The notes under the pieces are model-generated. The model was not told the origin of the DNA, did no database searches, and worked only from the letters and a program-made list of their open reading frames with translations. This document shows positions 8,444 to 18,095 of a DNA stretch of 64,000 nt, piece by piece; positions within the stretch are counted from its first letter, which is position 1; every line of letters begins with the position of its first letter. Origin of the DNA: Promethearchaeota archaeon (lineage in GTDB: Archaea; Asgardarchaeota; Lokiarchaeia; Sigyniarchaeales; SOKP01); NCBI GenBank assembly GCA_016839705.1, contig JAEOTR010000019.1, positions 1 to 64,000 of the forward strand, in the 5' to 3' direction. The translations under genes were made by a program, and so were the position numbers.

Positions 8444-10231
8444 ATGTATTTAGATGTTTTGCGAGAAGCTCCAATCTTACCTTTCTCGAATTTTGTATCA
8501 AGAGGTGATATTCCTGATAAAATCGATATCGCTAGACCAAGAAGCTATATTGATCGAGAGGTTTATCGCTTGGTTCGTCAAACTGCTAGAGATAAATCAT
8601 CGCGATTAATTCCAATTCTGGGATCAGCGGGAACTGGGAAAACTCATGCATACCACTCTTTTAAAGATAAGGAAAGAGAGAATGAGAAAAAATTAGAGCA
8701 AGCTAAAGATGATCAGGAGATCGAAATCGGAAAATTAGAAGATTTTAATTGGTCAATTATATATATCCCCAGCCCTCCAGCAAGTATACGGGTATTACTT
8801 CATGTTTATACATGTATAATTGAAGAAATGGGTGCAGAATTACTTGATATTGTTTCGGAGAAATTAGTGAAAAAATGGGGAGGAGATAAGAAGGGATTAT
8901 TCCAAAAACCTAAGCTTGATGAAGTAATTCAAAGAGGAATCAGAGAATTTCCGGGAGTTTTTGCAGATTGTGTGAAAGCATTAGTAACTTATCAACTTGA
9001 CAAAAATATGAAGGCGTTAGCAGAAAGATGGCTTCTCGGTGAAGATTTAGATGATGAAGAACTAAATGAATTGGGTATAAATTCAGTTGTAGAGGATGAT
9101 GACGTATGTCTTGCGCTAATTAAAATCATTACTGAGAATTTAGATACAGTTCTTATCTTATACTTTGACGAATTAGAAAGCCCATATAGAATGTTAGGTG
9201 AAGCTGCCGAGCGTAAATTTCTGGAGATTTTAAAGCGCCTTTATAATGAAGTCAAGGGATTAGTCATCACCATTGCGGTTTTAAAAGAAATTTGGCCTAG
9301 AATTATTGAGATAGCTGATGCACCTCTACGTTCTCGAATGGAGCCTGAACAAGAATTAAAGCCGTTTAGTCTTAACGATCTTAAAATCTACTTTTCGAAA
9401 TCAATGGAAACCTTTTGGGAAGATAACAATTTAAATCCTCCATTATATCCATTATTTCCGTTGAATGAAAAATTAATTGAGATGATTTTTGAAAAAACTC
9501 AAGGGAATCCCAGGAACTCCATTAAGTTGTGTCGAAGATTTATTGATAAAATAGTTATGGAAGAAATGACTGTTGATGAACTTTTAGAAGTTGGAGCGGA
9601 TATTGTGGCGACAGCTAAACCGCAATCTCAAGTTGAGGAGGAAGTGATTGATTTTTCAAAACCCAGAGAGGTTATTAAAAAAACAATCGAAGACATTTTA
9701 GCAGAAGAAGAATATTCTATAGATGTAAATCCCCAATCTGTTGCTGGTGCTACATTGAAATGTATCAATATGATAGGTGAGGAAAAAGGTAAACAATATC
9801 AAACTCAGATGGAATTTAAGTTTATGCTTGGTAAAAGATCTCAAACTTTAGCTGCGTTAATCAAAGCAGAAGGTAAAAAATGGGGTTTAGAGATTCCATC
9901 TATTAAAACTTTCGATAGAAGTGCAGGAGTCGCAGGGTATTATGCTGCTAAACGCCTGAAAGATGCAATTGATCAAAAAGCGATTGATGAAGCTTTATTA
10001 ATCGTACCTACAGGCAGTAGTGGAGCAAAATTTGAAAGTATTTTGCAAAATAATGCAAATATTCATAAAATTGAATTGGATAATGAAGTAGGAGAAGAAT
10101 TAATCAAGAACGCATTGAGTTATCCAACAAAAAAAGGGTGGGAAATAGCAACAGTCATTTTTGGGGCTATTGGAGAATACAAACCACCTGTGATTGAAGA
10201 GACTCCCCCTGATGAGGATCTAGGAGAATAA
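8444..10231 (+). CDS. AAA+/P-loop NTPase (Cdc6/BrxD-like core) with extra C-terminal alpha/beta domain
   Basis: Walker A GSAGTGKT, Walker B ILYFDELE, LRSR Arg finger, GNPR sensor-2; possible ATT start at 8411. Confidence 0.75.
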   Translation: MYLDVLREAPILPFSNFVSRGDIPDKIDIARPRSYIDREVYRLVRQTARDKSSRLIPILGSAGTGKTHAYHSFKDKERENEKKLEQAKDDQEIEIGKLEDFNWSIIYIPSPPASIRVLLHVYTCIIEEMGAELLDIVSEKLVKKWGGDKKGLFQKPKLDEVIQRGIREFPGVFADCVKALVTYQLDKNMKALAERWLLGEDLDDEELNELGINSVVEDDDVCLALIKIITENLDTVLILYFDELESPYRMLGEAAERKFLEILKRLYNEVKGLVITIAVLKEIWPRIIEIADAPLRSRMEPEQELKPFSLNDLKIYFSKSMETFWEDNNLNPPLYPLFPLNEKLIEMIFEKTQGNPRNSIKLCRRFIDKIVMEEMTVDELLEVGADIVATAKPQSQVEEEVIDFSKPREVIKKTIEDILAEEEYSIDVNPQSVAGATLKCINMIGEEKGKQYQTQMEFKFMLGKRSQTLAALIKAEGKKWGLEIPSIKTFDRSAGVAGYYAAKRLKDAIDQKAIDEALLIVPTGSSGAKFESILQNNANIHKIELDNEVGEELIKNALSYPTKKGWEIATVIFGAIGEYKPPVIEETPPDEDLGE

Positions 10232-10232
10232 C

Positions 10233-11156
10233 TTATATATTATTTAAATTTTCTTTTATCTTATTATTTAAATCCTCTAAGTCTTTTGCAAGGCGGGTTG
10301 CTCTTTGGGAATTATTTTTAAAATTCATTAACTCACTAGTTAATTCGTCCTCTTCCAAACTGTTTGAAATTTCGATTAATCTGTCAAGAGGATCACTTAA
10401 TAAATCATATAAATATAATTTATTTCCCTCTAGTTCACTTGCTATTTTTTCAATTTCTTTATTTAGATTAACACGCTCTTTTAGGAAATCAGGGAAATTT
10501 CCAACATGTTCACCTTTATTCTGTAGAAAAGAACGAATTTCTTCTTCTTGTATGAGCACTGCTAATTCTGAAGCATTCAGAAAACTTTTTTTAGCTTTCT
10601 TATATTCTTTGTTTTTTAAAAATTCTTCAGCGATTTTTACCTCATCAGCGATTTTTTCTGGGATTTCTTCACCTAGATCAATCAGTTCTCTTGCTTCTTG
10701 GAGTTGGTTGTCATCGAGCATCTTCTTAGTTCTTTCATTCAATATTTCCTTAATAATTTTTGGTTCTTGCAATTTTTGAACTAAGCTTAATATCGAATTT
10801 AGGCTAGTTTTGAGGATTTCGGTCATCTTTTGCTTATCGTTTGAAAAACCTTGAATAACTTTGGTTTCAATATTGTCAAAAATACTCTTTAAAGAGATAA
10901 GATCTTCTCCTTCCTGTAAGATGAAACTTAGGTAGAGATTATCTTTATTGATTGATTGCGCATCAACTTTATTTGAATAAAAACGATTCTCATCTTTTCG
11001 AATAGTTACATCAGAATATCCTTTTTTTGCATGCTTTTCAGAAAATTCTTTCAATACCATGGTCGGTATCTTATCATCTTGTTTTAGATAATAATCAGCT
11101 AAAATATTTGGTCCAAATGACTGATCAATTTCATATAAGATTATTGCTCGGGGCAT
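10233..11156 (-). CDS. uDENN/longin-like N-terminal domain protein with helical C-terminus
   Basis: N-terminal IILYEIDQSFGPNI matches the hhhxxFDxxxGP start of uDENN/NPRL2-type longin domains; TPR-like helices follow. Confidence 0.55.
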   Translation of the reverse strand: MPRAIILYEIDQSFGPNILADYYLKQDDKIPTMVLKEFSEKHAKKGYSDVTIRKDENRFYSNKVDAQSINKDNLYLSFILQEGEDLISLKSIFDNIETKVIQGFSNDKQKMTEILKTSLNSILSLVQKLQEPKIIKEILNERTKKMLDDNQLQEARELIDLGEEIPEKIADEVKIAEEFLKNKEYKKAKKSFLNASELAVLIQEEEIRSFLQNKGEHVGNFPDFLKERVNLNKEIEKIASELEGNKLYLYDLLSDPLDRLIEISNSLEEDELTSELMNFKNNSQRATRLAKDLEDLNNKIKENLNNI

Positions 11157-11285
11157 TTCATTTAATCTCTGTGTATGTATTTCTAGTACTTTATTTAATA
11201 TTATAGAATTAATAAGCTTTTGATTTAAATTTTTATTTGATCATGTAATATCTTAAAAATATTAACAAAACTAAATTTTTACTCA

Positions 11286-12209
11286 TTGAAAATGGCAATA
11301 ATTGAAGATACATTCTGCGAGGCATTTGAGGGGCTTTGTGTTCAATTGATGATAACTGCTCAAGATGCTGAATTTTTAAATAGGGCTGCAAACGCGTTTA
11401 CCGCACTTCCTTCAACAGTTTTTGGAGATGCAGAGGGTGGAATTGTAAGATGGCTTAGTGAAAGTGAAAGCATTGATGGTAGATTAGGAGCAATTGTTCA
11501 GTTATGGGTGACTGGCACCGGTAAAAAAGCGACTGCGAAATTCTACGACCAACTAGGAAGAAGAATGAGACAGGGGATTCTTGTGGTTCCTACAACTGCT
11601 GTGTTCGATTACTACCCTATGACAAGTGAAAATAAATTCCAAATGATGGATAATGTAGGACATTGCGGGGATGGATATGAATGGATTGTCGAAAAATATA
11701 ATCGCAATCTCATTTCGGTCCCAATTATGATGGGGTATGATTTTTTAATTGAAGAAAAACTTTCTTATGCTCCAGGTGTAATGGGAGGGAATTTATGGCT
11801 ATATTGTGAATCTATTGATGTAGGAATTAAAGTAGGGAGAGAAGCAGTAAAGATTTTTGCTGAAATTGATGATGTTTGTACAACATTTGATGTTTGTTCA
11901 GCAGGTTCGAAACCTGAAACTAACTTCCCCGAAATTGGACCATCAACAAATCATCCTTATTGCCCTACATTGAAAAATAAGTTACCGCCAGAAGGATTCA
12001 AAGTTCCTGAGGGTGTCAAATCTATCCCAGAAATCATTTTTAATGGTCTTGATATCAACATAGTTGAAAGATCGATGCAAAAAGTAATTGAGGGGATTAT
12101 TGATATGGAGGGTCTTATGAAAGTCTCTGCAGGTAATTATGGAGGAAAGTTAGGAAAATTTAAAATATATTTAAGAAGATTAGGATTAAAAGAAGACTAT
12201 TTTAGTTAA
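11286..12209 (+). CDS. ftr: Formylmethanofuran:H4MPT formyltransferase
   Basis: IEDTFCEAF, PTTAVFD, GVMGGN, STNHPYCPTL, SAGNYGGKLG. Confidence 0.93.
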   Translation: MKMAIIEDTFCEAFEGLCVQLMITAQDAEFLNRAANAFTALPSTVFGDAEGGIVRWLSESESIDGRLGAIVQLWVTGTGKKATAKFYDQLGRRMRQGILVVPTTAVFDYYPMTSENKFQMMDNVGHCGDGYEWIVEKYNRNLISVPIMMGYDFLIEEKLSYAPGVMGGNLWLYCESIDVGIKVGREAVKIFAEIDDVCTTFDVCSAGSKPETNFPEIGPSTNHPYCPTLKNKLPPEGFKVPEGVKSIPEIIFNGLDINIVERSMQKVIEGIIDMEGLMKVSAGNYGGKLGKFKIYLRRLGLKEDYFS

Positions 12210-12240
12210 AAAGTCTTTTTAAGATTTGTGAAGGAGTTTT

Positions 12241-12897
12241 TTAAAGCTCATCTTTTTTTGAAAATGAAATCTTTGATACACGGCTAATCGCGGGATATTT
12301 TTCTTCAAAGACTCTTGCTATATCCTCAAGAGGTAAATCCGCATGTACGCCCCTATCCGTTAGATACTCCCCAAATTGATTCCCATCATTATCATATTTA
12401 GGAAAAACTGCATCACGTTCACCGTCAAATTCACACATTGGGAGGAATTTCCCTTTTATCGCTGTAGGGGTATCAAATGATGGTGTGAGTTTTATCCATT
12501 TACTATTTAAGTAAAATTCGCTATACCCATGGTAGTACATGACGTTATGTCCCATCATATCAATTATCCGTTGTGAAATCTTATGGTTAATTAGGTCAAC
12601 TAGATGAATACGCGCAGGAATACCTACAGCTCGAGCGAAACTGGATAACAGAATAGATTTGGAAACACAGAATCCATCACCTCTTTGAAGGGTTACACTA
12701 GCTTTAAAATTTTCTTTAATTTGAGGTATGTATGTTAGCATATTATATCTAATTTCATCTCGAACCCAATAAAATAAAGCTATAGCCTTTTCTTTATCAG
12801 TCTCACAATTTTTTGTGATTTCTAATGCTTTTTGGTTTACAGAGGTTTTATCGAAATCAAAGAATTCTGTGGATTGTAAATATTCTTCCATAACCAT
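12241..12897 (-). CDS. Transglutaminase-like protein
   Basis: FYWVRDEIRY, GFCVSKS (Cys), RAVGIPAR, HGYSEFY. Confidence 0.9.
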   Translation of the reverse strand: MVMEEYLQSTEFFDFDKTSVNQKALEITKNCETDKEKAIALFYWVRDEIRYNMLTYIPQIKENFKASVTLQRGDGFCVSKSILLSSFARAVGIPARIHLVDLINHKISQRIIDMMGHNVMYYHGYSEFYLNSKWIKLTPSFDTPTAIKGKFLPMCEFDGERDAVFPKYDNDGNQFGEYLTDRGVHADLPLEDIARVFEEKYPAISRVSKISFSKKDEL

Positions 12898-13160
12898 AAT
12901 TAGGTAAGATTTGGATCATTTTATAAGATTTGTATAAATGAAACTAGTTCAATCTTAATTTTAAATTTCGCATTAAAGGTTATGAAAAGGTTAAAATTTC
13001 TTTTTATTCTATTAATCGGATTATCTATTGAAACATGGAAATAAATTCAGAGAAAACTGTTAAAGTAATTTAATTTAAAAATAATCAGTTAAACAAAAAT
13101 TTAAATAATTCTGTTTTTACTTAAAACTCGAAGGTATATACTATAAACTCGTGAAAGTCC

Positions 13161-14822
13161 TTGGAAGCAGCATTAATCCTTAGTCGTTTTGACCCGCTGT
13201 ACGGTCCAACAATGGTTTTAAAAGCACCTAAGTCATTAGAAGGTGAAATTCTGAGTAAAATTCCGTCCCTTATGGATATTCCTACTCAAGGAATATATAT
13301 GCATATTTTTGGAGAATATAAAACTGCAAATTTGTTTTTCAAACTTATGAGTCCTTTTGCTAGAGGTGGATATGAGAGCTTTTTACTTTCTTTAGTAACC
13401 GAATCAAGTATAAATCTAACTTTAATGCTTGCAAATGAGCTTCTCGCGGGATTTGCTCAATATATCATTAAACTTGATGATGCCTATAAAGCATTCGATC
13501 ATGAACCAAAAGAGTTTAAAGCTGATCCTGATAAATTACAGGAAATTAAAAGCTTCTTTTATTCCTATTTTGAATCTATTAAACCAGCAATTAAGACATT
13601 AGCTATGGCTGAGCATCGTTATCAAGCACTTTTTAAAGCTGCAAGGGATGCAATATTTATAATAAATCGAGATACCGGAATAATTATTGATGCAAATATA
13701 CAAGCCGAAAAGCTTGTGGAAAAAACAAGAGATGAAATTGTCGGTCTTGAAGCTTTGAAACTTGAATTGTTTGATGAGGGATTAGTTGATCCAAATATGG
13801 TAAAGCATTTAATTGATCAACCACCCCCAATTATTTCAAGAATAAAAGAATCAAAAGGAACTCATTTGTATCTAGAAGTAACTGTGAACGAAATCCAGTT
13901 AGCGGATCAATATTTTACTCAATACATGTTTCATGATATAACTGACATTCATGTAGTCGAAGATAAACTTAAAGAACAAGTTAAAAAAATTGATATTTTA
14001 AATAAAATCATAAGCGTGGCTAATCAGGCTAACAATTTAAATGAATTATTGAAGAAGATTCGCGATAGCTTTATTAACTTATTTGAACTTAAAGCTTGTG
14101 CTATATTTTTAATTGATAAAGCTCAACATATAGCAAAAATAAAGAAACATAAAGGTTTCCCTTCATATTTTATCCTAGAAAATAGTGAATTAGATGTGAA
14201 TAAAAATCCTTACGATATCGTATTCACAAAGGGAGTAGCACTCATCAATGACAATTTCCCTGAATTTATAAGAGAATTTTTCCCAGAAATAGAAACATCT
14301 TCTACTGCAGTTATCCCGCTATTTTCGAAATTTGAAATAATAGGCTCTATTAATATGATTTTTCGAGATATGAAATCACTTTTACCGGAAGAGATGGAAC
14401 TTATCATTACGATAGGGTTAGAATTAGGGACAGCTATCGAAAGAATGCAAAATAAAGAAGAACTACGACAAAGTGAAATAAAAAGTAACATTTTATTCGA
14501 GCACATCCCATTCTCGATTTTCAAAATTTCAAAGCAGGGAATATTATTAGAGATCAAATTAAATAAAAAAATTAAGGCAATTATAGGACAAATGTTTACA
14601 TCGAATAATTTTATAGGTGAACATATAAATAAGTTTCTACCACCAGAAACAGCAGAAGTAGCTCAAGAAAAGATAGAACAGGCTCTTGAAGACAATGAAT
14701 CTAAAGAAATGAAAATCAATTTATCAATAAATAACAACCAAATAATTTTTCAATCAAACATAGTTCCATTAGGAGATAAAGAAGTTCTAGTATTTTTGCA
14801 GAATTTAACGAGAACTTGGTAA
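13161..14822 (+). CDS. uDENN/longin-like + PAS + GAF + PAS sensor protein without kinase domain
   Basis: N-term LILSRFDPLYGP; PAS RYQALFKAARDAIFII..FHDITD; GAF ..IPLFSKFEIIGSI..LGTAIER; PAS ILFEHIPFSIF..FLQNLT then stop. Confidence 0.75.
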   Translation: MEAALILSRFDPLYGPTMVLKAPKSLEGEILSKIPSLMDIPTQGIYMHIFGEYKTANLFFKLMSPFARGGYESFLLSLVTESSINLTLMLANELLAGFAQYIIKLDDAYKAFDHEPKEFKADPDKLQEIKSFFYSYFESIKPAIKTLAMAEHRYQALFKAARDAIFIINRDTGIIIDANIQAEKLVEKTRDEIVGLEALKLELFDEGLVDPNMVKHLIDQPPPIISRIKESKGTHLYLEVTVNEIQLADQYFTQYMFHDITDIHVVEDKLKEQVKKIDILNKIISVANQANNLNELLKKIRDSFINLFELKACAIFLIDKAQHIAKIKKHKGFPSYFILENSELDVNKNPYDIVFTKGVALINDNFPEFIREFFPEIETSSTAVIPLFSKFEIIGSINMIFRDMKSLLPEEMELIITIGLELGTAIERMQNKEELRQSEIKSNILFEHIPFSIFKISKQGILLEIKLNKKIKAIIGQMFTSNNFIGEHINKFLPPETAEVAQEKIEQALEDNESKEMKINLSINNNQIIFQSNIVPLGDKEVLVFLQNLTRTW

Positions 14823-14854
14823 GATTCTTCTCAATTTATTTTAGTTAAATGAAG

Positions 14855-15913
14855 TTAATTTCGTTGAATACTAAGAGATTTTAACATCCTGCTGATTTTC
14901 ACGCTTTTATTTTGAAAATCAAGAGCAAGAGAATCATCTCCTAATTCAAGGCATAAATTGCTGATATTTTCAAAAAGTGAAACTGCTGCTTCAAATTCTC
15001 CTCCTTCTAAAGCTTTTTGCGCTTCATCCATCAAATTTTCTCTCTCAAGTAAAGGTTTTAATAATGGTGAGACTTTTGTATCCATATCTAATAGATCTGC
15101 TATTATACGGATCATTTTTGGACGATTATTGGGATCTATTGCTATGAATCCATAGGTTTTATTACTCATTAATCTTTCAATGTCCTCAATTTTCATTGCG
15201 TTAGGTAAATCTTGCTTATTGGCAATTACAGCGAAGCGAGCATAAGGTACTGCTTTATTTACTAATTCAACAAAAAATCGACTTTTTTCGAGGTTCTCCA
15301 ATGTTGAATCAGTCATTAGGAGAACTGCGTCACTTCCCCGAATGAATTTTTCCCATAGAAAATCGAATTGATCCTGCCCTGCAAAATCCCAAAGAAAGAA
15401 GCTTAATTTGCCAATTTTAATGGTGGCGACCTCACCTGTTATTGTAGGAATATGTTGCATAGGGATTTCTTCTGATTTTATTAATCTTGTGGTAGTAGTT
15501 TTCCCCACCCCAGAAAATCCCACTATAGAGATTTTAGGTTTTAGATTCCTATGAATCGTATCTACAATTGGATCCAAAACCTCACCTATTATCTCAAATC
15601 CATCTTTTGTAAATTCTTCTCCGTAAAATTCAATAAATTCTTTTTTGAATTTTTTCAGTTGGGGTTCTACGTCTTTAAACTCATCACCCAAACCTGTTAC
15701 GAAAAGTAACACTAAATTAGATCTCTCATCAGTTATGTATGAGAGTTTGTATTCAAAAAACTCATATGTTCCCGTTTCGGGTCCAAATTTAGAAAGAGCT
15801 ACTTTCTTAACCTTTTGATATACATTTGAAAAAATAGAAACATCTAAACCCTTAGCAAAACTTCTCTGATAAGCCAATTTGTCATTTAAAACTATAAAGA
15901 CTTGTCGCAACAT
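14855..15913 (-). CDS. Longin-domain Arf-like small GTPase with C-terminal helical hairpin
   Basis: About 125-aa longin-like N-terminus; GFSGVGKTT, PTI, WDFAGQ, NKQD. Confidence 0.85.
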   Translation of the reverse strand: MLRQVFIVLNDKLAYQRSFAKGLDVSIFSNVYQKVKKVALSKFGPETGTYEFFEYKLSYITDERSNLVLLFVTGLGDEFKDVEPQLKKFKKEFIEFYGEEFTKDGFEIIGEVLDPIVDTIHRNLKPKISIVGFSGVGKTTTTRLIKSEEIPMQHIPTITGEVATIKIGKLSFFLWDFAGQDQFDFLWEKFIRGSDAVLLMTDSTLENLEKSRFFVELVNKAVPYARFAVIANKQDLPNAMKIEDIERLMSNKTYGFIAIDPNNRPKMIRIIADLLDMDTKVSPLLKPLLERENLMDEAQKALEGGEFEAAVSLFENISNLCLELGDDSLALDFQNKSVKISRMLKSLSIQRN

Positions 15914-15950
15914 GTTTAGAATTTTATATTATTATTATCTTCGTATAAAA

Positions 15951-16856
15951 TTATTGATTTAAATCCTTCTTTAAATCATCTAATATCTTAATCATATCTT
16001 CTTTTTCTAATGATTCAGAATAAAGCAAGATATATTTAAAATCTGAATTAACGTCATTTAATCTTTCAATTAATAGATGAAATAATTTGGGACCTAAATC
16101 TACAACGCTTACTTGTCCTATGAGGACTTCAGGGGATTTACTCTTATTATAAATTTCTTCGTATAAATAATATAGGATATTTAGATCAAAATCACTTGAA
16201 ATTTCTTGTATGATAAGATAATCATCCGGATTAGTTACAAATAAGCTTGTTTTCGACAGATTTCCTAATTTAGCTTTGATTTTCTCTTTTAGTACTGAAG
16301 AATTTTCAGAGAAATCACTTATCGTGTTTGAAATCGCATTATAGGTAGTATATATTAAATTTGGATGTAAACTTGTAAAATAGATCGGGATTTCATCAGG
16401 AAGCTCTAATTGTTTTATTATTTGTCTTCTTATTAAGGAAAGTAGACTACCTATTTTTTTTTTAATCACTAGATCGATTTTATGTAGAAATAATATTATT
16501 TTTGCATTAAAATCATGTTTCTTATTAATTTCATAAATTTTCCTAACATCATCAATTATATCTTGAGAATCGGATATCCACGTAGGATAATCAAATACAT
16601 AAATTATAGCACTTGTGTCCCCAAATGCTAATACTTGCTTTTGCTCATCATGTAAAATAATTGGTAGTGATTGACCAGGAGCATCAATCAAACTAACCTT
16701 TGAGTTCATGAAGTTGTGAACTGAATATTTTATTCCGATCGTCGCTTCAAGAGGAAAAAGAATTAAGTCATTCGGGTCTTCTCCTTCAAAAATAACCTTT
16801 TTAATTGTAGTTTTTCCCATCTCAGGAGGACCTATTATTGTTATTTTATCTGCCAT
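15951..16856 (-). CDS. Rag/Gtr1-family small GTPase with roadblock-like C-terminus
   Basis: GPPEMGKTTIKKVIF, EATI, DAPGQ, IIYVFD, HKID (Rag-type G4), YFTSL. Confidence 0.82.
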   Translation of the reverse strand: MADKITIIGPPEMGKTTIKKVIFEGEDPNDLILFPLEATIGIKYSVHNFMNSKVSLIDAPGQSLPIILHDEQKQVLAFGDTSAIIYVFDYPTWISDSQDIIDDVRKIYEINKKHDFNAKIILFLHKIDLVIKKKIGSLLSLIRRQIIKQLELPDEIPIYFTSLHPNLIYTTYNAISNTISDFSENSSVLKEKIKAKLGNLSKTSLFVTNPDDYLIIQEISSDFDLNILYYLYEEIYNKSKSPEVLIGQVSVVDLGPKLFHLLIERLNDVNSDFKYILLYSESLEKEDMIKILDDLKKDLNQ

Positions 16857-17126
16857 ATTGATACCTCAAGCTTTTCTAAAATTTCATTTCTTAGAATAAA
16901 TACAAGCAATTTCTTTATTATCAAATAATAAAAAGTATATTTAAACTTGAGTAAATCAATAGGTTCACAGTACAAGCGGAATTGATATTGTGTTTTTATT
17001 ATTGATAAATTTAATAGATACTATTAACAAAGAATAGAATAATTACAAATCACATTCTAATGAAAGAATATTTTTTACAATTAAAAATATTTTAAATAAA
17101 TGGAAGATAACATGTAAGTGATTATT

Positions 17127-17411
17127 ATGTACTATCGAGGTTATATATTAATTCGGTTAAAGGTAATTGGGACTGAATGGGAAGTTGTAAAAAAACTAAC
17201 AAATTTAAAATCATCTGATCCAGATGAGGATTGGAAAATTACCTATGCAACTCCTGTGTATGGGGGTTGGGATGTTATTGTTGAATGTTCATTTAGCAAA
17301 TTAAAAGATTTGGATAAAATTGTTACATATTGTAGAGTAGATAATGATTTATCTCAATGGATCGAGGAGACTACAACTCTTATGGGTTCGAAAAATGATT
17401 ATCTACGCTAA
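17127..17411 (+). CDS. Lrp/AsnC ligand-binding (RAM) domain protein
   Basis: GYILI..G..VYGGWDVIV..TTTLM pattern, no HTH; ATG 17127 preferred to GTG 17118. Confidence 0.75.
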   Translation: MYYRGYILIRLKVIGTEWEVVKKLTNLKSSDPDEDWKITYATPVYGGWDVIVECSFSKLKDLDKIVTYCRVDNDLSQWIEETTTLMGSKNDYLR

Positions 17412-17464
17412 GCTTTTTCATTTTAAATATTGATTTAAAACTCACATTTAAAGGCATATTTATC

Positions 17465-18055
17465 TTGGAAAAGAAAACAAAATATACTATTATTGTCATC
17501 GTCTTCTTAATTTTAACTATTCCGATTGTTTTTGGGGTATATGTAGAAACTATTTTTCTCCATGTAAGCAATTTATATGCAATTTTAGTCCTGTTCGGTG
17601 GCTTATTTGTACTTCTTTCGGTAGGTGAATTAATAGATATATATGGATTTAATATTAAAAGTTTAGAAGCGATAAAGATGCATGATGTAATCAAATCATT
17701 AACTGAAAAAGAAAATAGGTTTAGTACATTATTGCTCTTCATCATAACTATGATTATGGAGGAATTGATTTTTAGATATTATTTAATTAGTATATTATTT
17801 CATTCGCTGCATCTAAGTATAGTTTTGGTTTTAATTATCTCTAGCTTGATCTTTTCCCTTTATCACATTCATACTTGGTTTGCTTTTAAGAATATAAGGA
17901 TTTTAGGGATATTTCTAAGTACTTCCTTTTTACTCGGGCTTTTATTAGGCTATGTCTTCATAACTTTAGGATTTTTCTACTGTATTATAATCCATTCTAT
18001 TATTGCATTCCTCTTTTATTTTAATTTAGTGAATAGATATTTCAAAACGAAGTGA
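17465..18055 (+). CDS. CPBP (Rce1/Abi) intramembrane glutamic protease
   Basis: EELIFR, FSLYH, IIIH motifs in TM protein. Confidence 0.85.
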   Translation: MEKKTKYTIIVIVFLILTIPIVFGVYVETIFLHVSNLYAILVLFGGLFVLLSVGELIDIYGFNIKSLEAIKMHDVIKSLTEKENRFSTLLLFIITMIMEELIFRYYLISILFHSLHLSIVLVLIISSLIFSLYHIHTWFAFKNIRILGIFLSTSFLLGLLLGYVFITLGFFYCIIIHSIIAFLFYFNLVNRYFKTK

Positions 18056-18095
18056 TTATAAAACCATTTAATAATAATCAAAATATATAATTAAC

